Shown: positions 1 to 10,362 of the stretch, piece by piece | Layout of the letters: each line of letters opens with the position of its first letter | Position numbering within the stretch: position 1 is the stretch's first letter | NCBI GenBank assembly: GCA_963735595.1 | Contig: CAVTLK010000005.1 | Span: forward strand, 288,001-352,000 | DNA length: 64,000 nucleotides | Origin: an uncultured delta proteobacterium | GTDB lineage: Bacteria > Desulfobacterota > Zymogenia > Zymogenales > Zymogenaceae | Direction: 5' to 3' | Position numbers and translations under genes: made by a program | The notes under the pieces: generated by a model | Databases searched by the model: none | Told to the model about the DNA's origin: nothing | Seen by the model: the letters and a program-made list of their open reading frames with translations, nothing else

Positions 1-12
1 GCGGGAAGTAAG

Positions 13-1089
13 ATGTCGAAAAGACCCTTTTCGGGGAGCATCGTACTGATACTGTCGGCCCTTCTTCTGGCCTTTATCCCTTCGGCTGCGGCAGGCGGTA
101 TGGCGGTTTCGGACCATTACGACGGGTCCGTTTTCTTCAATCCCGAACCCGGTCATTCGTTTACCGATATGGTCAGGTGGCTCTGGGAGATGGAGCGGGT
201 GCCGTGGCCCGATTGGGTCCAGGACCCCCCACAATCTCCGCCGCCGGAGCGTGTCTGCGGCAACGGGCTCCGGGTGACCTACATTAATCACGCGACGACC
301 CTGATCCAGATGGAAGGAATCAATATTCTTACCGATCCGATCTGGTCGACACGGGCGGGTCCCGCCCCGTTTATCGGGCCCAGGAGGGTGCGGGCGCCCG
401 GCGTGGCATTTGGGGACCTGCCGCCGATCGATTATGTCCTGATATCGCACGACCACTACGACCACCTGGATATCCCGACGGCCAAACGGTTGAAGGAGGC
501 GCACGATCCGGTATTCATAACAGGTCTTGAAGTCGGCAGGTTCCTTCGGGCGCACGGGATAGATAACGTCGTCGAGCTGGACTGGTGGCAGTCGCATGTT
601 TTAGGGGATGCCGGCGTCACGTTGACCTTTGTTCCGGCCATGCACAGCTCGGGTCGGGCGCCGTTCATGGAAGACAGGACGCTCTGGGGAGGATTTGTTA
701 TCGATTCTGCGGGCGGGCAGGTCTATTTTGCCGGGGATACGGGCTACGGGGAGTTTATCAATGACATCGCCGCGCGGTTCGGCCGGATCAGGCTTGCCGT
801 CATGCCGATCGGCAACTACGAGAAGCGGTGGTTCATGAAATCGCAGCACCTCAACCTGGATGACGCCGTCATGGCCCACCGGGCCCTCGGTGCCGGGACG
901 AGCATCGGGATGCATTTCGCCACGTTTGCGGAACACCCCGAACAGTCCATAGACGCCCATGATAAGGACCTGGCCGACGCCCTGAAAAAATACGGCGTGC
1001 CGGTATATGAATTTCGGGTCCTCGAATTCGGTGAAGGTAGGGACATACCGCCCTTATCGGAGGATTTGGACGATAATGGGGGGCACTAG
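13..1089 (+). CDS. MBL-fold metallo-hydrolase (NAPE-PLD/RomA-like), exported
   Basis: SHDHYDHLD metal motif, NHATTLI, TDPIWS, YFAGDTGY, MPIGNY; N-terminal signal peptide. Confidence 0.85.
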   Translation: MSKRPFSGSIVLILSALLLAFIPSAAAGGMAVSDHYDGSVFFNPEPGHSFTDMVRWLWEMERVPWPDWVQDPPQSPPPERVCGNGLRVTYINHATTLIQMEGINILTDPIWSTRAGPAPFIGPRRVRAPGVAFGDLPPIDYVLISHDHYDHLDIPTAKRLKEAHDPVFITGLEVGRFLRAHGIDNVVELDWWQSHVLGDAGVTLTFVPAMHSSGRAPFMEDRTLWGGFVIDSAGGQVYFAGDTGYGEFINDIAARFGRIRLAVMPIGNYEKRWFMKSQHLNLDDAVMAHRALGAGTSIGMHFATFAEHPEQSIDAHDKDLADALKKYGVPVYEFRVLEFGEGRDIPPLSEDLDDNGGH

Positions 1090-1150
1090 TTCCGGGGTAT
1101 CGATCGGTTCATGACAGGAACCGGGCCAACGCTATCCTGCCGCCTTCCCT

Positions 1151-1627
1151 TCAGTGCATCATCCCCTCGTGCTCGTCCCAGAAAAAGGACTCCCGGGCCT
1201 TTTCGAGCCGTTCCATCTCGGTGATGAGAAACGAGACACGGGCCGCCAGCGTCGGGAAACGGCCGCGGCCTTTCTTCCTGAACAGCCGCTTTTCAAGCCG
1301 CCTGAGATTCTTGAGATCCTCTTCCTTGAAGGCCCACGCCGTCACCTTCTTCTGTACGCCGTCAAGGTAGGCCGTAATCCCGTCGCGCTCGATAATGGGG
1401 CGGGCAATGAGCGACAGGGGGATAAAGAGCGCCGCGAATAAGACCAGAAACAGGATAATCACGTAGACGAACTGCGCGTTCGGGCCGATAATAAACGCCG
1501 CGGCGGTAAACGACAGGATAACCGCCACAAAGGCGCCCATAGAGAGGATAAACTGGCCCGATATACGAAGGTGTCGTGACATCACAGCCCTGTTCACGGT
1601 GCCGTACGGGACGCTGCGCACGGGCAC
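1151..1627 (-). CDS. hypothetical membrane protein (2 TM)
   Basis: Two hydrophobic segments, then a charged helical tail; start uncertain. Confidence 0.55.
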   Translation of the reverse strand: MPVRSVPYGTVNRAVMSRHLRISGQFILSMGAFVAVILSFTAAAFIIGPNAQFVYVIILFLVLFAALFIPLSLIARPIIERDGITAYLDGVQKKVTAWAFKEEDLKNLRRLEKRLFRKKGRGRFPTLAARVSFLITEMERLEKARESFFWDEHEGMMH

Positions 1628-1798
1628 GAAACACCCTGCCGCGTCCGCTATCCCATTCAGCCTGCGTGGGCGGCGGTTGCGCCGCCCGCACAGGTATCGC
1701 GATATAGATATGGGTGAGGGGTACGCCGTGTTTGAAAGACGGTGCTCAGCGCGGATAGTCTATCGGAAGCCTCACGGTCGGGCGCTCCGCCGGGGCGG

Positions 1799-2488
1799 TT
1801 AGTCCCGCCCGCCCAGCAGCCCCGCGCGAATCAGAAAGTAGATGAGCGTCAGGATGGCAGTGGCCGCAGCCGCCACGTAGGTCATCGCCGCCGCGGTAAG
1901 CACCTTTTTGGCCCCGGCGTGTTCCTCGGCCATGAGGATTCCCGAGGAGGATATCGCCGCCAGCGCCCGCCGGCTCGCGTTGATCTCCACCGGAAGCGTC
2001 ACGACCTGGAAGGCCACCACGGCCGTAAAGAGGACCACGCCGACCTTGATGAGCCCCACCGACCCTAATATCATTCCGCCGATCAACAGGAGCCACGAGA
2101 GATTGGAGCCGATGCTTGCCATCGGGACGATAGCGGTGCGCAGCTTCATCGGCGCGTAGCCTGCCGCGTCCTGGATGGCGTGGCCCGCCTCGTGGGCCGC
2201 AACCCCGATGGAGGCGACGGAATTTCCCTGGTAGACGTCCGGCGAAAGCCTGAGGACCTTTTTTGACGGATCGTAATGGTCGGACAGGAAACCACGGGTC
2301 GCTTCAATCTGGACGTTGTTGACGTTGGCGCTCCTCAGGACGCGGGCGGCCGCCTGGGCGCCCGTCAGCCCGGAGGCCGTGGCCACTTTCGAGTACTTCT
2401 TGAAGGCGCTCTTCACCCAGAACGAGGTAATCAGCGAAAAGATGAAGGCGGGCGCCATCAGGAGCAGATACACGGGATCAAATATCAT
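1799..2488 (-). CDS. neutral zinc metallopeptidase (YugP / Zn_peptidase_2 family)
   Basis: LSDHYDP, AAHEAGHAIQ (HExxH), TLPVEINAS, AAAMTYVA; AGGAGGT RBS. Confidence 0.92.
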   Translation of the reverse strand: MIFDPVYLLLMAPAFIFSLITSFWVKSAFKKYSKVATASGLTGAQAAARVLRSANVNNVQIEATRGFLSDHYDPSKKVLRLSPDVYQGNSVASIGVAAHEAGHAIQDAAGYAPMKLRTAIVPMASIGSNLSWLLLIGGMILGSVGLIKVGVVLFTAVVAFQVVTLPVEINASRRALAAISSSGILMAEEHAGAKKVLTAAAMTYVAAAATAILTLIYFLIRAGLLGGRD

Positions 2489-2516
2489 CGGTACACCTCC
2501 TATACTTTATATAATG

Positions 2517-2550
2517 TAACGCTTTTCCCCCGATTGTCAAGCGATATCGG
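2517..2550 (-). promoter_or_regulatory. sigma70-type promoter of the yugP-like gene
   Basis: Minus strand TTGACA followed by an AT-rich TACATT -10-like box, then AGGAGGT RBS. Confidence 0.5.
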
Positions 2551-2614
2551 TATCGGCTCATGCTCATCCCCGGCCGAACCGGGGTCTTCACGGGGGGGGT
2601 GTCGGCCGATCGAC

Positions 2615-3371
2615 CTATCTTATATACCGCTCAATGAAGTCCGCCGATCGCATCCGTTTGCCGAGCTGGTGGTCGATAAACGAAAAAAGGGCCTCCCGGG
2701 TCTGGGAGATCGACGCGGGCGAAAGTGCAATGCGGGAGAGCCGGTCGGTCGTGACCTCGGTTGCCGCCGCAAGCGCCGTGACCGTCGCGCGGGCCAGCAT
2801 CACCGCCCTGTCCCTCGGCATCAGGCACGCGCCGCAGACCAGCCCCCCCGCCTCCGGGACAAAAAAGACATCCGCCGTGTTGACTAATAGGGGATTGACA
2901 GCGAACGCAGGCCGAAAAGAGGGGCGCGATACCCGATATCTTGAGGATCCTCAGGACAAAGAGCCACAGCAGGTTTTCCCGGCCTCCCCGCTCGTCCAGG
3001 AGGGACAGGAGGAGGGCCGCCGTCTCAAAGAGGTCCGTCGATCGCTGGGCCTCCGGGAAGAGCTCCCTGATCAGCTCGATGACGAACGCGGCATAGGCCA
3101 TCGATCGCAGGTCGTAGGTAAGCCTGCCGTGGGGATCGAGCAGCGACGCGTCTTCTATCAGGAACAGCTCCCTGCCCCTGGGCAGGTAATATTTCACCCG
3201 GATGACGTGTCCGAGGTCAAAGGTGTTGACGAACCGTCTCTTGCTCTTCTTGGCTGCCTTGGCGACGCCGACGATCCTTCCGGCGTCGCGCACCAGCAGC
3301 TCCACCAGCAGGTCGGACTCGCCCATGTCCCGGGTGCCGAGAACAACGGCATGCGATTCGCGCGATCTCAT
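2615..3371 (-). CDS. recO: DNA repair protein RecO (one frameshift near 2885, probably a read error)
   Basis: MRSRESHAVVLGTRDMGESDLLV..AKAAKKSKRRF; CVRC then, after the frame change, GGLVCGAC zinc site; ATG overlaps mgtE stop (ATGA). Confidence 0.88.
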
Positions 3372-4729
3372 CTGAGGATGATCAGCGATGCAAGGGTGAA
3401 GTACATGAATATACTGAGAATGTCGGTTGTGGTGCTGATAAAAGGCCCCGAGGCTATGGCCGGGTCGACCCCGATTTTGTGGAGGGTGATGGGCACGAGC
3501 GTTCCCATGGCCGACGCAATGGTCATGGAGGCAAAGATACCGAGACCCACCACGAGCCAGAGTTTGACGATATCCAGATAGAGGTAGTGAGCGACGACCC
3601 CCAGGAGGACCCCGTAGGTGAGGCCCAGGATGATCCCCACCCTGAGCTCCCGAAAGAGGACGGTGCCCAGCCTCTTGACGTCGATGCTCCCGATAGCGAT
3701 ACCGCGGACTACCAGCGTCGAGGACTGGGCCGAGACGTTTCCCCCCATCCCGGCGATGACCGGCATGAAGGCGGCCAGCACTACCACCTCGGCCAGGGTT
3801 TCCCGGTAATACCCGATGATCAGGGAGACGAGCAATCCCCCGATCCAGCTGGCAAAGAGCCACGGGAGGCGCGTGCCGGCGCTCCTGAGGACCGACGACG
3901 ACCAGGCATGCTCGTCGTCCGTGGCGCCGGCGAGTTTGATAATATCCTCGGTGGCCTCCTCTTCGAGGACGTCCACCACGTCGTCGACGGTGATCCGCCC
4001 GACGAGCTTGCCGGACCCGTCCACTACCGGCACGGCTACGAGGTCATACTTCTTCACGATCCGGGCGACCTCCTCCTGGTCGAGATCGACGGCCACCGAG
4101 ATCGGGTCCTTTTCCATGACGGTCGAAACCGTAGCCTTCGGGGAGGCCAGTATGAGCTTACGCAGGGGGAGGACACCCATGAGTTTTCCCCTCCGGTCGG
4201 TGACATAGACGCTGTGGATATCCTCCACCTCGCCGGACATCTCCCGGACCTCTTCGATGGCCGAGGCGACGCTTTCGTCCTGGCGGACGGATGCCAGCTC
4301 CGTCTGCATGATGCCGCCGGCGGACTCCTCGTCGTAGCGCATGAGCTTCTGGATCTCCTCGGCGTCTTCGTCGCTGATTCGATCCAGGACTTCCTTGGCC
4401 TGGTCGTCGGGCAGCTCCTCGATAATATCGGCCGCGTCGTCCGATTCGAGGTCGTCGACGATCTCCGAAAGCCGCTTGGTCTGGATGTCCTTCAGGATCA
4501 GGTCGCGGGTGGCGTCGTCCAGCTCAACGATGACATCGGCCGCGGTCTTGGTGTCCAGAACGGAAAAGACGAGCTTCTTTTCGTGCGGCAGGAGAAACTG
4601 GAGGAACTCGGCGATGTCGGCCGGGTGGTAGAGCCCCAGCTCCGTGATCAGGTCCCGGATATCGTCATCGTCCAGGAGCTCCAGCAGTTTCTTTTGTTTT
4701 TCTACCGGGGTGCTCATAGCCAACACCAT
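3368..4729 (-). CDS. mgtE: magnesium transporter MgtE
   Basis: HPADIAE N-domain, SAGGIM CBS pair, RLPWL, GMGGNV, DPAIASGPFISTTTD; alternative start 4717. Confidence 0.96.
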   Translation of the reverse strand: MVLAMSTPVEKQKKLLELLDDDDIRDLITELGLYHPADIAEFLQFLLPHEKKLVFSVLDTKTAADVIVELDDATRDLILKDIQTKRLSEIVDDLESDDAADIIEELPDDQAKEVLDRISDEDAEEIQKLMRYDEESAGGIMQTELASVRQDESVASAIEEVREMSGEVEDIHSVYVTDRRGKLMGVLPLRKLILASPKATVSTVMEKDPISVAVDLDQEEVARIVKKYDLVAVPVVDGSGKLVGRITVDDVVDVLEEEATEDIIKLAGATDDEHAWSSSVLRSAGTRLPWLFASWIGGLLVSLIIGYYRETLAEVVVLAAFMPVIAGMGGNVSAQSSTLVVRGIAIGSIDVKRLGTVLFRELRVGIILGLTYGVLLGVVAHYLYLDIVKLWLVVGLGIFASMTIASAMGTLVPITLHKIGVDPAIASGPFISTTTDILSIFMYFTLASLIILR

Positions 4730-4953
4730 CGGAACGTCAACCGGGACGTTAGTTGGATACGAAGTAGGATGGGATCAGAGTAAAAAACTAATCCTCAATA
4801 CTTTTACACGATACCGACCGAAAGTCAAGGCTAAAAACCCGCCGAAGGCAGCCGAACGGAGGCACGGTACGCCGCCGACGCCAAAAATTATGGACACCGT
4901 AAGTGATCTGTGATATGTGTTACTGACCGGGTAACGGTGGGTCGGGAGGAACC

Positions 4954-5807
4954 GTGAAAAAAGTCGGCATCATTGCCAAGAAAAACAAGAAAGAGGCCGC
5001 ACAGATCGTTGCCGAGATCGCCCCGTGGCTTACCGAGAAAGGGGTCGTGCCTCTCATTGACCGCGAGACGGCCGCAAAGGCCGGGCTCTCGTCCGAGTTG
5101 AGCCCGGAGGAGATTCCGGCGCAGGCCGACGGCATGATCGTCCTGGGCGGCGACGGGACCCTGCTGTACGCGGCGCGCCTCATGGGGGACCGCGAGATAC
5201 CGATCCTCGGCGTCAATCTTGGAAGCCTCGGCTTTCTGACCGACGTGGCGGCGCCGGAGCTCAAAGACACGCTGCAGCGCTTTATCTCGGGCAACGTTAC
5301 GGTCGGGGAGCGGATGATGCTCGATGCCGTGGTAGAAGACGGGTCCGGGATGACGGAGACCTTTTCGGTGCTCAACGACGTGGTCATCAACAAGGGGAAC
5401 CTCTCCCGGACGATCCGGCTGCAGGCGTGGGTCAACGGGGCGTTCCTCACCGTCTTTAACGGCGACGGGCTCATCATCGCCACGCCGACCGGCTCCACGG
5501 CCTATTCGCTGTCGGCCGGCGGGCCGATCGTCCACCCGACACTGTGTGCCGTCATCATTACCCCGATCTGCCCCCACCTCCTGACGAACCGCCCGATTGT
5601 CGTGCCGGAATCCTCGGTGGTGGAGGTCAAGCTCGTCTCGGGCGACGGCAACGTCTCGGTCACGCTCGACGGCCAGGTGGGCAGCCGAGTTTTCCGAGCA
5701 CCATCGCCTTACCGTCCGCAAATCGGCGCAGTAAGATCCTCCTCGTGGAGCCGCCGGATCGGGACCACTTCGAGATACTCAGGACGAAACTGAACTGGGG
5801 AAGGTAA
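4954..5807 (+). CDS. nadK: NAD(+) kinase (two apparent +1 insertions near 5684 and 5726)
   Basis: LGGDGTLL, GSLGFL, LNDVVI, DGLIIATPTGSTAYSLSAGGP; C-terminal FEILRTKLNWG in another frame. Confidence 0.93.
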
Positions 5808-5813
5808 TGCGGT

Positions 5814-7514
5814 ATGCTCATTGACCTTTCCATACGCAATTTTGCCATTATCGATGAGCTAACGGTGACCTTTTCCCGCGGCCTGAACGTCGTTTCGGGC
5901 GAGACGGGGGCGGGCAAATCCATCATCATCAATGCCGTGAACCTCATCCTCGGCGACCGGGCGGCCGGCGACCTGATACGCACCGGCTGCGACGAGGCGG
6001 TGGTGGAAGCGGTCTTTACCTTGCCCGACCATAACCCAATCCACGAGTTCCTCTTCGAAAAGGGGATCGATAACACGGCCGAGGGGCTCATCATCAGGCG
6101 GGTCATTTCACGCGCGGGGAAAAACCGGGTTTTCATCAACGGCGCGCAGATAACGCTGGCCACCCTCGGCGAGGTCGGTGAGGAGCTCATCAGCATCTCC
6201 GGCCAGCACGAACACCAGACGCTGCTGGTGCCGGACCGCCACATTGACATCATCGACGCCTACAAGCGGCTGATCCCGATGCGCCAGGAGGTCGCCGCGG
6301 GCGTAAAGAGGCTCAAGGGGCTCTTGGAGGAATTCCGGTCCCACTCGATGAGTGAGGAAGAAAAGGCGCGCCGGATCGATTTTCTGAAATTCCAGATCGC
6401 AGAGATCGAGGAGGCAAAGCTCGTCGCAGGGCAGGAGGAAGAACACAAGAGCGAGCGGGACCTGCTGGTCAACGCCGAAAAGCTCTTTCGGAGCGCCGAG
6501 GAGGCCCACGAGCTCCTCTACGGTATGGAGGGGTCGGCGGCCGAGCGGATCGGGGCGGCGGTGGCCAGGCTCAAGGAAATCGCCGAGATCGACAAGGGGC
6601 TTGCCGGGCAGGTCGAATCGCTGGCGGGCGCGCTCTACGCCGTTCAGGACGCGGGCAAGGAGTTCTCGGCTTATGCCTCGCGCGTCTCGTTTGATCCCGG
6701 GCGCCTGGAAGAGCTTGAGGCGAGGCTCAAGCTGATCGGCAGCCTCAAAAAGAAATACGGCAGCACCGTCCAGGAGGTGCTGGACTTCCTCGATCGCGCC
6801 AGAGCCGAGTTTTCGGGAATCGAGCGGGGCGAGGAGCGCATTGAAGAGCTCAAGCGCGAGATCGACGCGGAAAAGAAGCGGACGCTTGCGCTGGCGCTCA
6901 CGCTCTCGGAAGAGCGCGCCCAGGCCGGCCGCGAGTTTGCGGCCGCGGTCGAGGCGGAGGTTGCCTCACTCAATATGACCGGGACGCGGCTCGCCGTCTC
7001 GATGAAGCGGATGGAAGCGGGGCCCTCCGACGACCTTTCGGCAGACGGGCTCATCCTCACGCCCCGGGGGGTAGACAAGGTCGAGTTTCTCATCTCTCCA
7101 AACGTTGGAGAGGAGCCGCGCGCGATGGCCCGAATCGCCTCGGGGGGCGAGCTTTCGAGGATACTGCTGGCCATCAAAAAGACGCTTGCCGCCACGCAGG
7201 TCATCCCCACGCTGATCTTTGACGAGGTGGATGCCGGTATCGGCGGCGCCACGGCCGAGGTCGTCGGGAAGAAGCTAAAAGAGGTTTCGGGCTATCAGCA
7301 GGTCATCTGTATTACGCACCTGGCCCAGATCGCCGGCTTTGCCGACACCCACTACACGGTGGCGAAATCCGCCAGGGAGGGCAGGACCGTGACCAGCATG
7401 GAGCGGCTCTCGGCCGACGAACGGGTGATGGAGATCGCCCGGATGCTCTCGGGAGAAAAGATCACCGAGACCACCATCAATCACGCGAAAGAGATCATCC
7501 AGACATCCCGGTAG
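5814..7514 (+). CDS. recN: DNA repair protein RecN
   Basis: GETGAGKS Walker A, coiled coil, ASGGELSR, IFDEVDAGIGG, ITHLAQIA; follows nadK. Confidence 0.97.
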   Translation: MLIDLSIRNFAIIDELTVTFSRGLNVVSGETGAGKSIIINAVNLILGDRAAGDLIRTGCDEAVVEAVFTLPDHNPIHEFLFEKGIDNTAEGLIIRRVISRAGKNRVFINGAQITLATLGEVGEELISISGQHEHQTLLVPDRHIDIIDAYKRLIPMRQEVAAGVKRLKGLLEEFRSHSMSEEEKARRIDFLKFQIAEIEEAKLVAGQEEEHKSERDLLVNAEKLFRSAEEAHELLYGMEGSAAERIGAAVARLKEIAEIDKGLAGQVESLAGALYAVQDAGKEFSAYASRVSFDPGRLEELEARLKLIGSLKKKYGSTVQEVLDFLDRARAEFSGIERGEERIEELKREIDAEKKRTLALALTLSEERAQAGREFAAAVEAEVASLNMTGTRLAVSMKRMEAGPSDDLSADGLILTPRGVDKVEFLISPNVGEEPRAMARIASGGELSRILLAIKKTLAATQVIPTLIFDEVDAGIGGATAEVVGKKLKEVSGYQQVICITHLAQIAGFADTHYTVAKSAREGRTVTSMERLSADERVMEIARMLSGEKITETTINHAKEIIQTSR

Positions 7515-7639
7515 ACATGGTACGGGGTTCGCCGCCGGAGCGGGTATCCCCGCCGGGACGGTGAGGGACGGGATACCTATCGAGAAACGACTAATTATCA
7601 CAATCGGATTGGATTACGGATACACGACAGCAGGACACC

Positions 7640-8096
7640 ATGATACGGAAAGCGAAGGTTCAGGACATTCAGGCAATCAAGAAGCTCATCGAGCCCTATG
7701 GTAAAAACGGCGTGATGCTGCCGGTATCTCTGGCGGAGCTCTACGACCGGCTGCGCTCGTTTTTTTTATATGAAGACGAAGCGGGCGCGATCGTCGGAGT
7801 GGCGGCGCTGCACGTCACCTGGGACGACCTGGCCGAGATCAGGTCGCTCGCGGTCGGCAAGGAGCACAAGAAACAGGGGATTGGAAGGCGGCTCGTCGAA
7901 AGCTGCATGGGCGAAGCCAAGGCGCTGGGCGTGGGCCGGGTCTTCGTACTGACCTACATCCCCGAGTTCTTCACGCAGGGTCGGGTTTGCCGAGTTCGAC
8001 AAGGCCAGGCTCCCGCACAAGGTCTGGTCGGAATGCCTCAAGTGCACGAAGTTCCCGGAATGCGACGAGACGGCGATGCTCAGGAAGATCGGGTAA
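7640..8096 (+). CDS. short GNAT N-acetyltransferase, ArgA-like (frameshift near 7979)
   Basis: WDDLAEIRSLAV, QGIGRRLV, VFVLTY; shifted frame gives LPHKVWSECLKCTKFPECDETAM. Confidence 0.85.
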
Positions 8097-8190
8097 AGGT
8101 TGTCTCCAAATCATCGGATGGATATATACACATAGGCTCACATAGGTCCGCCGCCGGCGGGCTATCATACTGTATGGCAGGGAGGAGAGC

Positions 8191-9537
8191 ATGAAACGGA
8201 TGAGTGTGGATGTCGCAATCGTCGGCGGCGGTACGGCGGGTTCGTACACGGCCTGGCGGCTGGCGCAGCGGGGATACTCGGTCGTGGTCGTCGAGAAGCA
8301 GAAGCGGGGGACCCTCGGCGAGAACATCGGCATCTTCCACATGGACGAAATAAGATTTGCCCAGTTCGATATACCGCTGCCCGAAGGTAAGGAGCTCATC
8401 GGACGTCATGAAACGGGCCTGGCCTGGCCGCCGGACGGCGACGCTACCAAGACCGTCCGCTACACCTTCCTGGTCATGGAGCTGCCCCTGTTTATCCGCC
8501 GCCTCCAGAAATACGCCGAGGAGGCCGGCGCCGACTATCTCTTCGGCACCTCGTGCGAGAGGGCGGTGGTCTCGGGCGATAAGGTCATCGGGGTGAAGGT
8601 CGCCAGGGGCAAGGAGACCGTCGAAATACTGGCAAATGTCGTCGTGGACGCCTCGGGGGTGGACTCGGCCGTCCGCAAAACGCTTCCCGACCGCCTGGGG
8701 CTGGAGACCGATGCCATCAGGCCGACGGATTTCCTCTACGTCATCCTCCAGTACTGGGACAACGTCGAGGAAAAGAAGACCGGCACGTTCCCCTCCGGCC
8801 TCAACTTCTACCCCTTTCACAAGGCCTTCATCAACCCGAGCTACGGCGACGGCGCGATCGTCGGGATCGGCCAGCCGGAGCGGCTGAAGCTTGCCGAAAA
8901 GGTCCAGAACGAGTTCCTGGCCGAGCGTTTTCCCAACGTCAAACATACGCTGGTCAAGAAGACCTGGGGACGCACCCCCTACCGGCGGCCGCCCTTTTCC
9001 CTCGTTTCCGACGGCTTCATGACCGTGGGGGACGCGGCCTTCATGACCAAGCCTTTCTCGGGGGAGGGCGTTACGTCCGGGTTCACGGCCTGCCAGATCG
9101 CCGTGGAGACGATCGACACGGCGATTAAAAACGGCGACGTATCCAAGGCCGCGCTCTGGCCCCTCAACCACCGCTATTTCACCGACCAGGGGGCAAAGTT
9201 CGCCGGGCTCTTCGCCCAGCTCCCGGCGGCGGCCGAGCTTTCCCGGAGCGACGTGAACTACCTCTTCACAAAGGACATCATCTTTTCCTCCTTTGACTTC
9301 GAGTCGATGAACACCGATTTCGAGGTGAAGATGGGGCTGGGCAGGCTCATCTCCGTTGCCGCAAAGCTCATCGGGGGCAGGCTTACCGGCGGGCTCTCCA
9401 AGGAGGGATTTAAGGCGCTGATGGCCGCGATGGGAATCGCGGGCAAGGTCAGGAAGCACTACGAGGCCTACCCGAAGAACCCCGCGCGGTTTGCGAAGTG
9501 GGAGAAAAAGGCCAAGAAGCTCTGGGGAGAAGAATAG
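8191..9537 (+). CDS. FAD-dependent oxidoreductase, geranylgeranyl-reductase/FixC family
   Basis: DVAIVGGGTAG, VVDASG, VGDAAFMTKPFSGEG. Confidence 0.8.
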   Translation: MKRMSVDVAIVGGGTAGSYTAWRLAQRGYSVVVVEKQKRGTLGENIGIFHMDEIRFAQFDIPLPEGKELIGRHETGLAWPPDGDATKTVRYTFLVMELPLFIRRLQKYAEEAGADYLFGTSCERAVVSGDKVIGVKVARGKETVEILANVVVDASGVDSAVRKTLPDRLGLETDAIRPTDFLYVILQYWDNVEEKKTGTFPSGLNFYPFHKAFINPSYGDGAIVGIGQPERLKLAEKVQNEFLAERFPNVKHTLVKKTWGRTPYRRPPFSLVSDGFMTVGDAAFMTKPFSGEGVTSGFTACQIAVETIDTAIKNGDVSKAALWPLNHRYFTDQGAKFAGLFAQLPAAAELSRSDVNYLFTKDIIFSSFDFESMNTDFEVKMGLGRLISVAAKLIGGRLTGGLSKEGFKALMAAMGIAGKVRKHYEAYPKNPARFAKWEKKAKKLWGEE

Positions 9538-9572
9538 CTAAAATATCCCATTGTATGTATTAAAATTAGCGC

Positions 9573-9674
9573 TGTCATTGCGAGGGTGCTACTGTGCGAT
9601 GGGTGGCACCGGCGAAGCGAAGCTTGCCGGTGTCCCTCCCTCACGGGCAACCTGCCGGTTCGCCCGTGCCACCC
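9573..9674. repeat. REP-like palindromic sequence (TGTCATTGCGAG end plus GGGTGGCAC...GTGCCACCC branched hairpin)
   Basis: 9573-9586 is identical to the left end of the 63127 element; 9601-9674 is bounded by 9-bp inverted repeats. Confidence 0.65.
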
Positions 9675-9677
9675 ACC

Positions 9678-9725
9678 GCGAAGTGGGAGAAGAAGGCCAG
9701 GAAATTGTGGAGGGAGCGGTCATAA
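9678..9725 (+). repeat. diverged direct repeat of the 3' end of the 8191-9537 gene
   Basis: Encodes AKWEKKARKLWRERS* versus AKWEKKAKKLWGEE* at 9493-9537. Confidence 0.8.
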
Positions 9726-9758
9726 GAAGGTTAGTCTTTACGATTCCAGGAGGATAAT

Positions 9759-10298
9759 ATGTATACCGTGTTTTCCATGGAATTCATTAGTTGTATTAAT
9801 CCTACAAGAGACTTCTTCTTTAAGTATCGTGAGTGTTTTTATGTCCTTTTCGCAATTCTGGGCTTTGTTTATAGTGTTATTGTGCCAAATTACCACATCA
9901 AAAAAATAATTAGCAAACTACACAAAAATAGTGATTCAGGCTTTAATACTTCATCAACGAGCGAATACTTGGGTTTCGTTGAGAGGGCGCTTTTCACCCT
10001 CGTTTTTTTTATCCAGAAATTTGAATTAATCGTCGCCTGGTTTGTAATAAAGACGGCGATAAATGTTATTTATGATTATAAGAGCGCAGGACCGGAAAGT
10101 ATTAGAAGAAGTTACAATATATTCCTAATTGGAACGCTAATAAACGTATTTTACGGATTTGTTGGTTCTAAAATTATTACGTGGGGTTCATTAATAGTGA
10201 GCGGACAACCGATCTTACTACTGAAGTTCTTTATTATACCAATAGTACTGTTTATTCTGACGTGTATCATGTGCTGTAGGATTAAGGAGAAAACGTGA
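9759..10298 (+). CDS. AT-rich multi-pass membrane protein, resembles the DUF3307 C-terminal region
   Basis: AGGAGG RBS; YLGFVER..IK..FLIGTL pattern; much lower GC than neighbours. Confidence 0.6.
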   Translation: MYTVFSMEFISCINPTRDFFFKYRECFYVLFAILGFVYSVIVPNYHIKKIISKLHKNSDSGFNTSSTSEYLGFVERALFTLVFFIQKFELIVAWFVIKTAINVIYDYKSAGPESIRRSYNIFLIGTLINVFYGFVGSKIITWGSLIVSGQPILLLKFFIIPIVLFILTCIMCCRIKEKT

Positions 10299-10362
10299 GG
10301 AACCGGGAAAAGAGAGCTGTGAATCATTCTTAATTGAGACTACTTGCTTATAAGAACGTCAA

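Noticed and set aside
4919..4936. TACTGACCGG resembling the TetR operator upstream of nadK
   Set aside because: Only one half-site matches
4730..4953. Mg2+ (M-box) riboswitch upstream of mgtE
   Set aside because: Short divergent promoter region with no recognisable aptamer or terminator
5680..5730. Programmed frameshifting in nadK or other split genes
   Set aside because: No slippery heptamer or stimulatory structure seen; scattered single-base insertions fit read error
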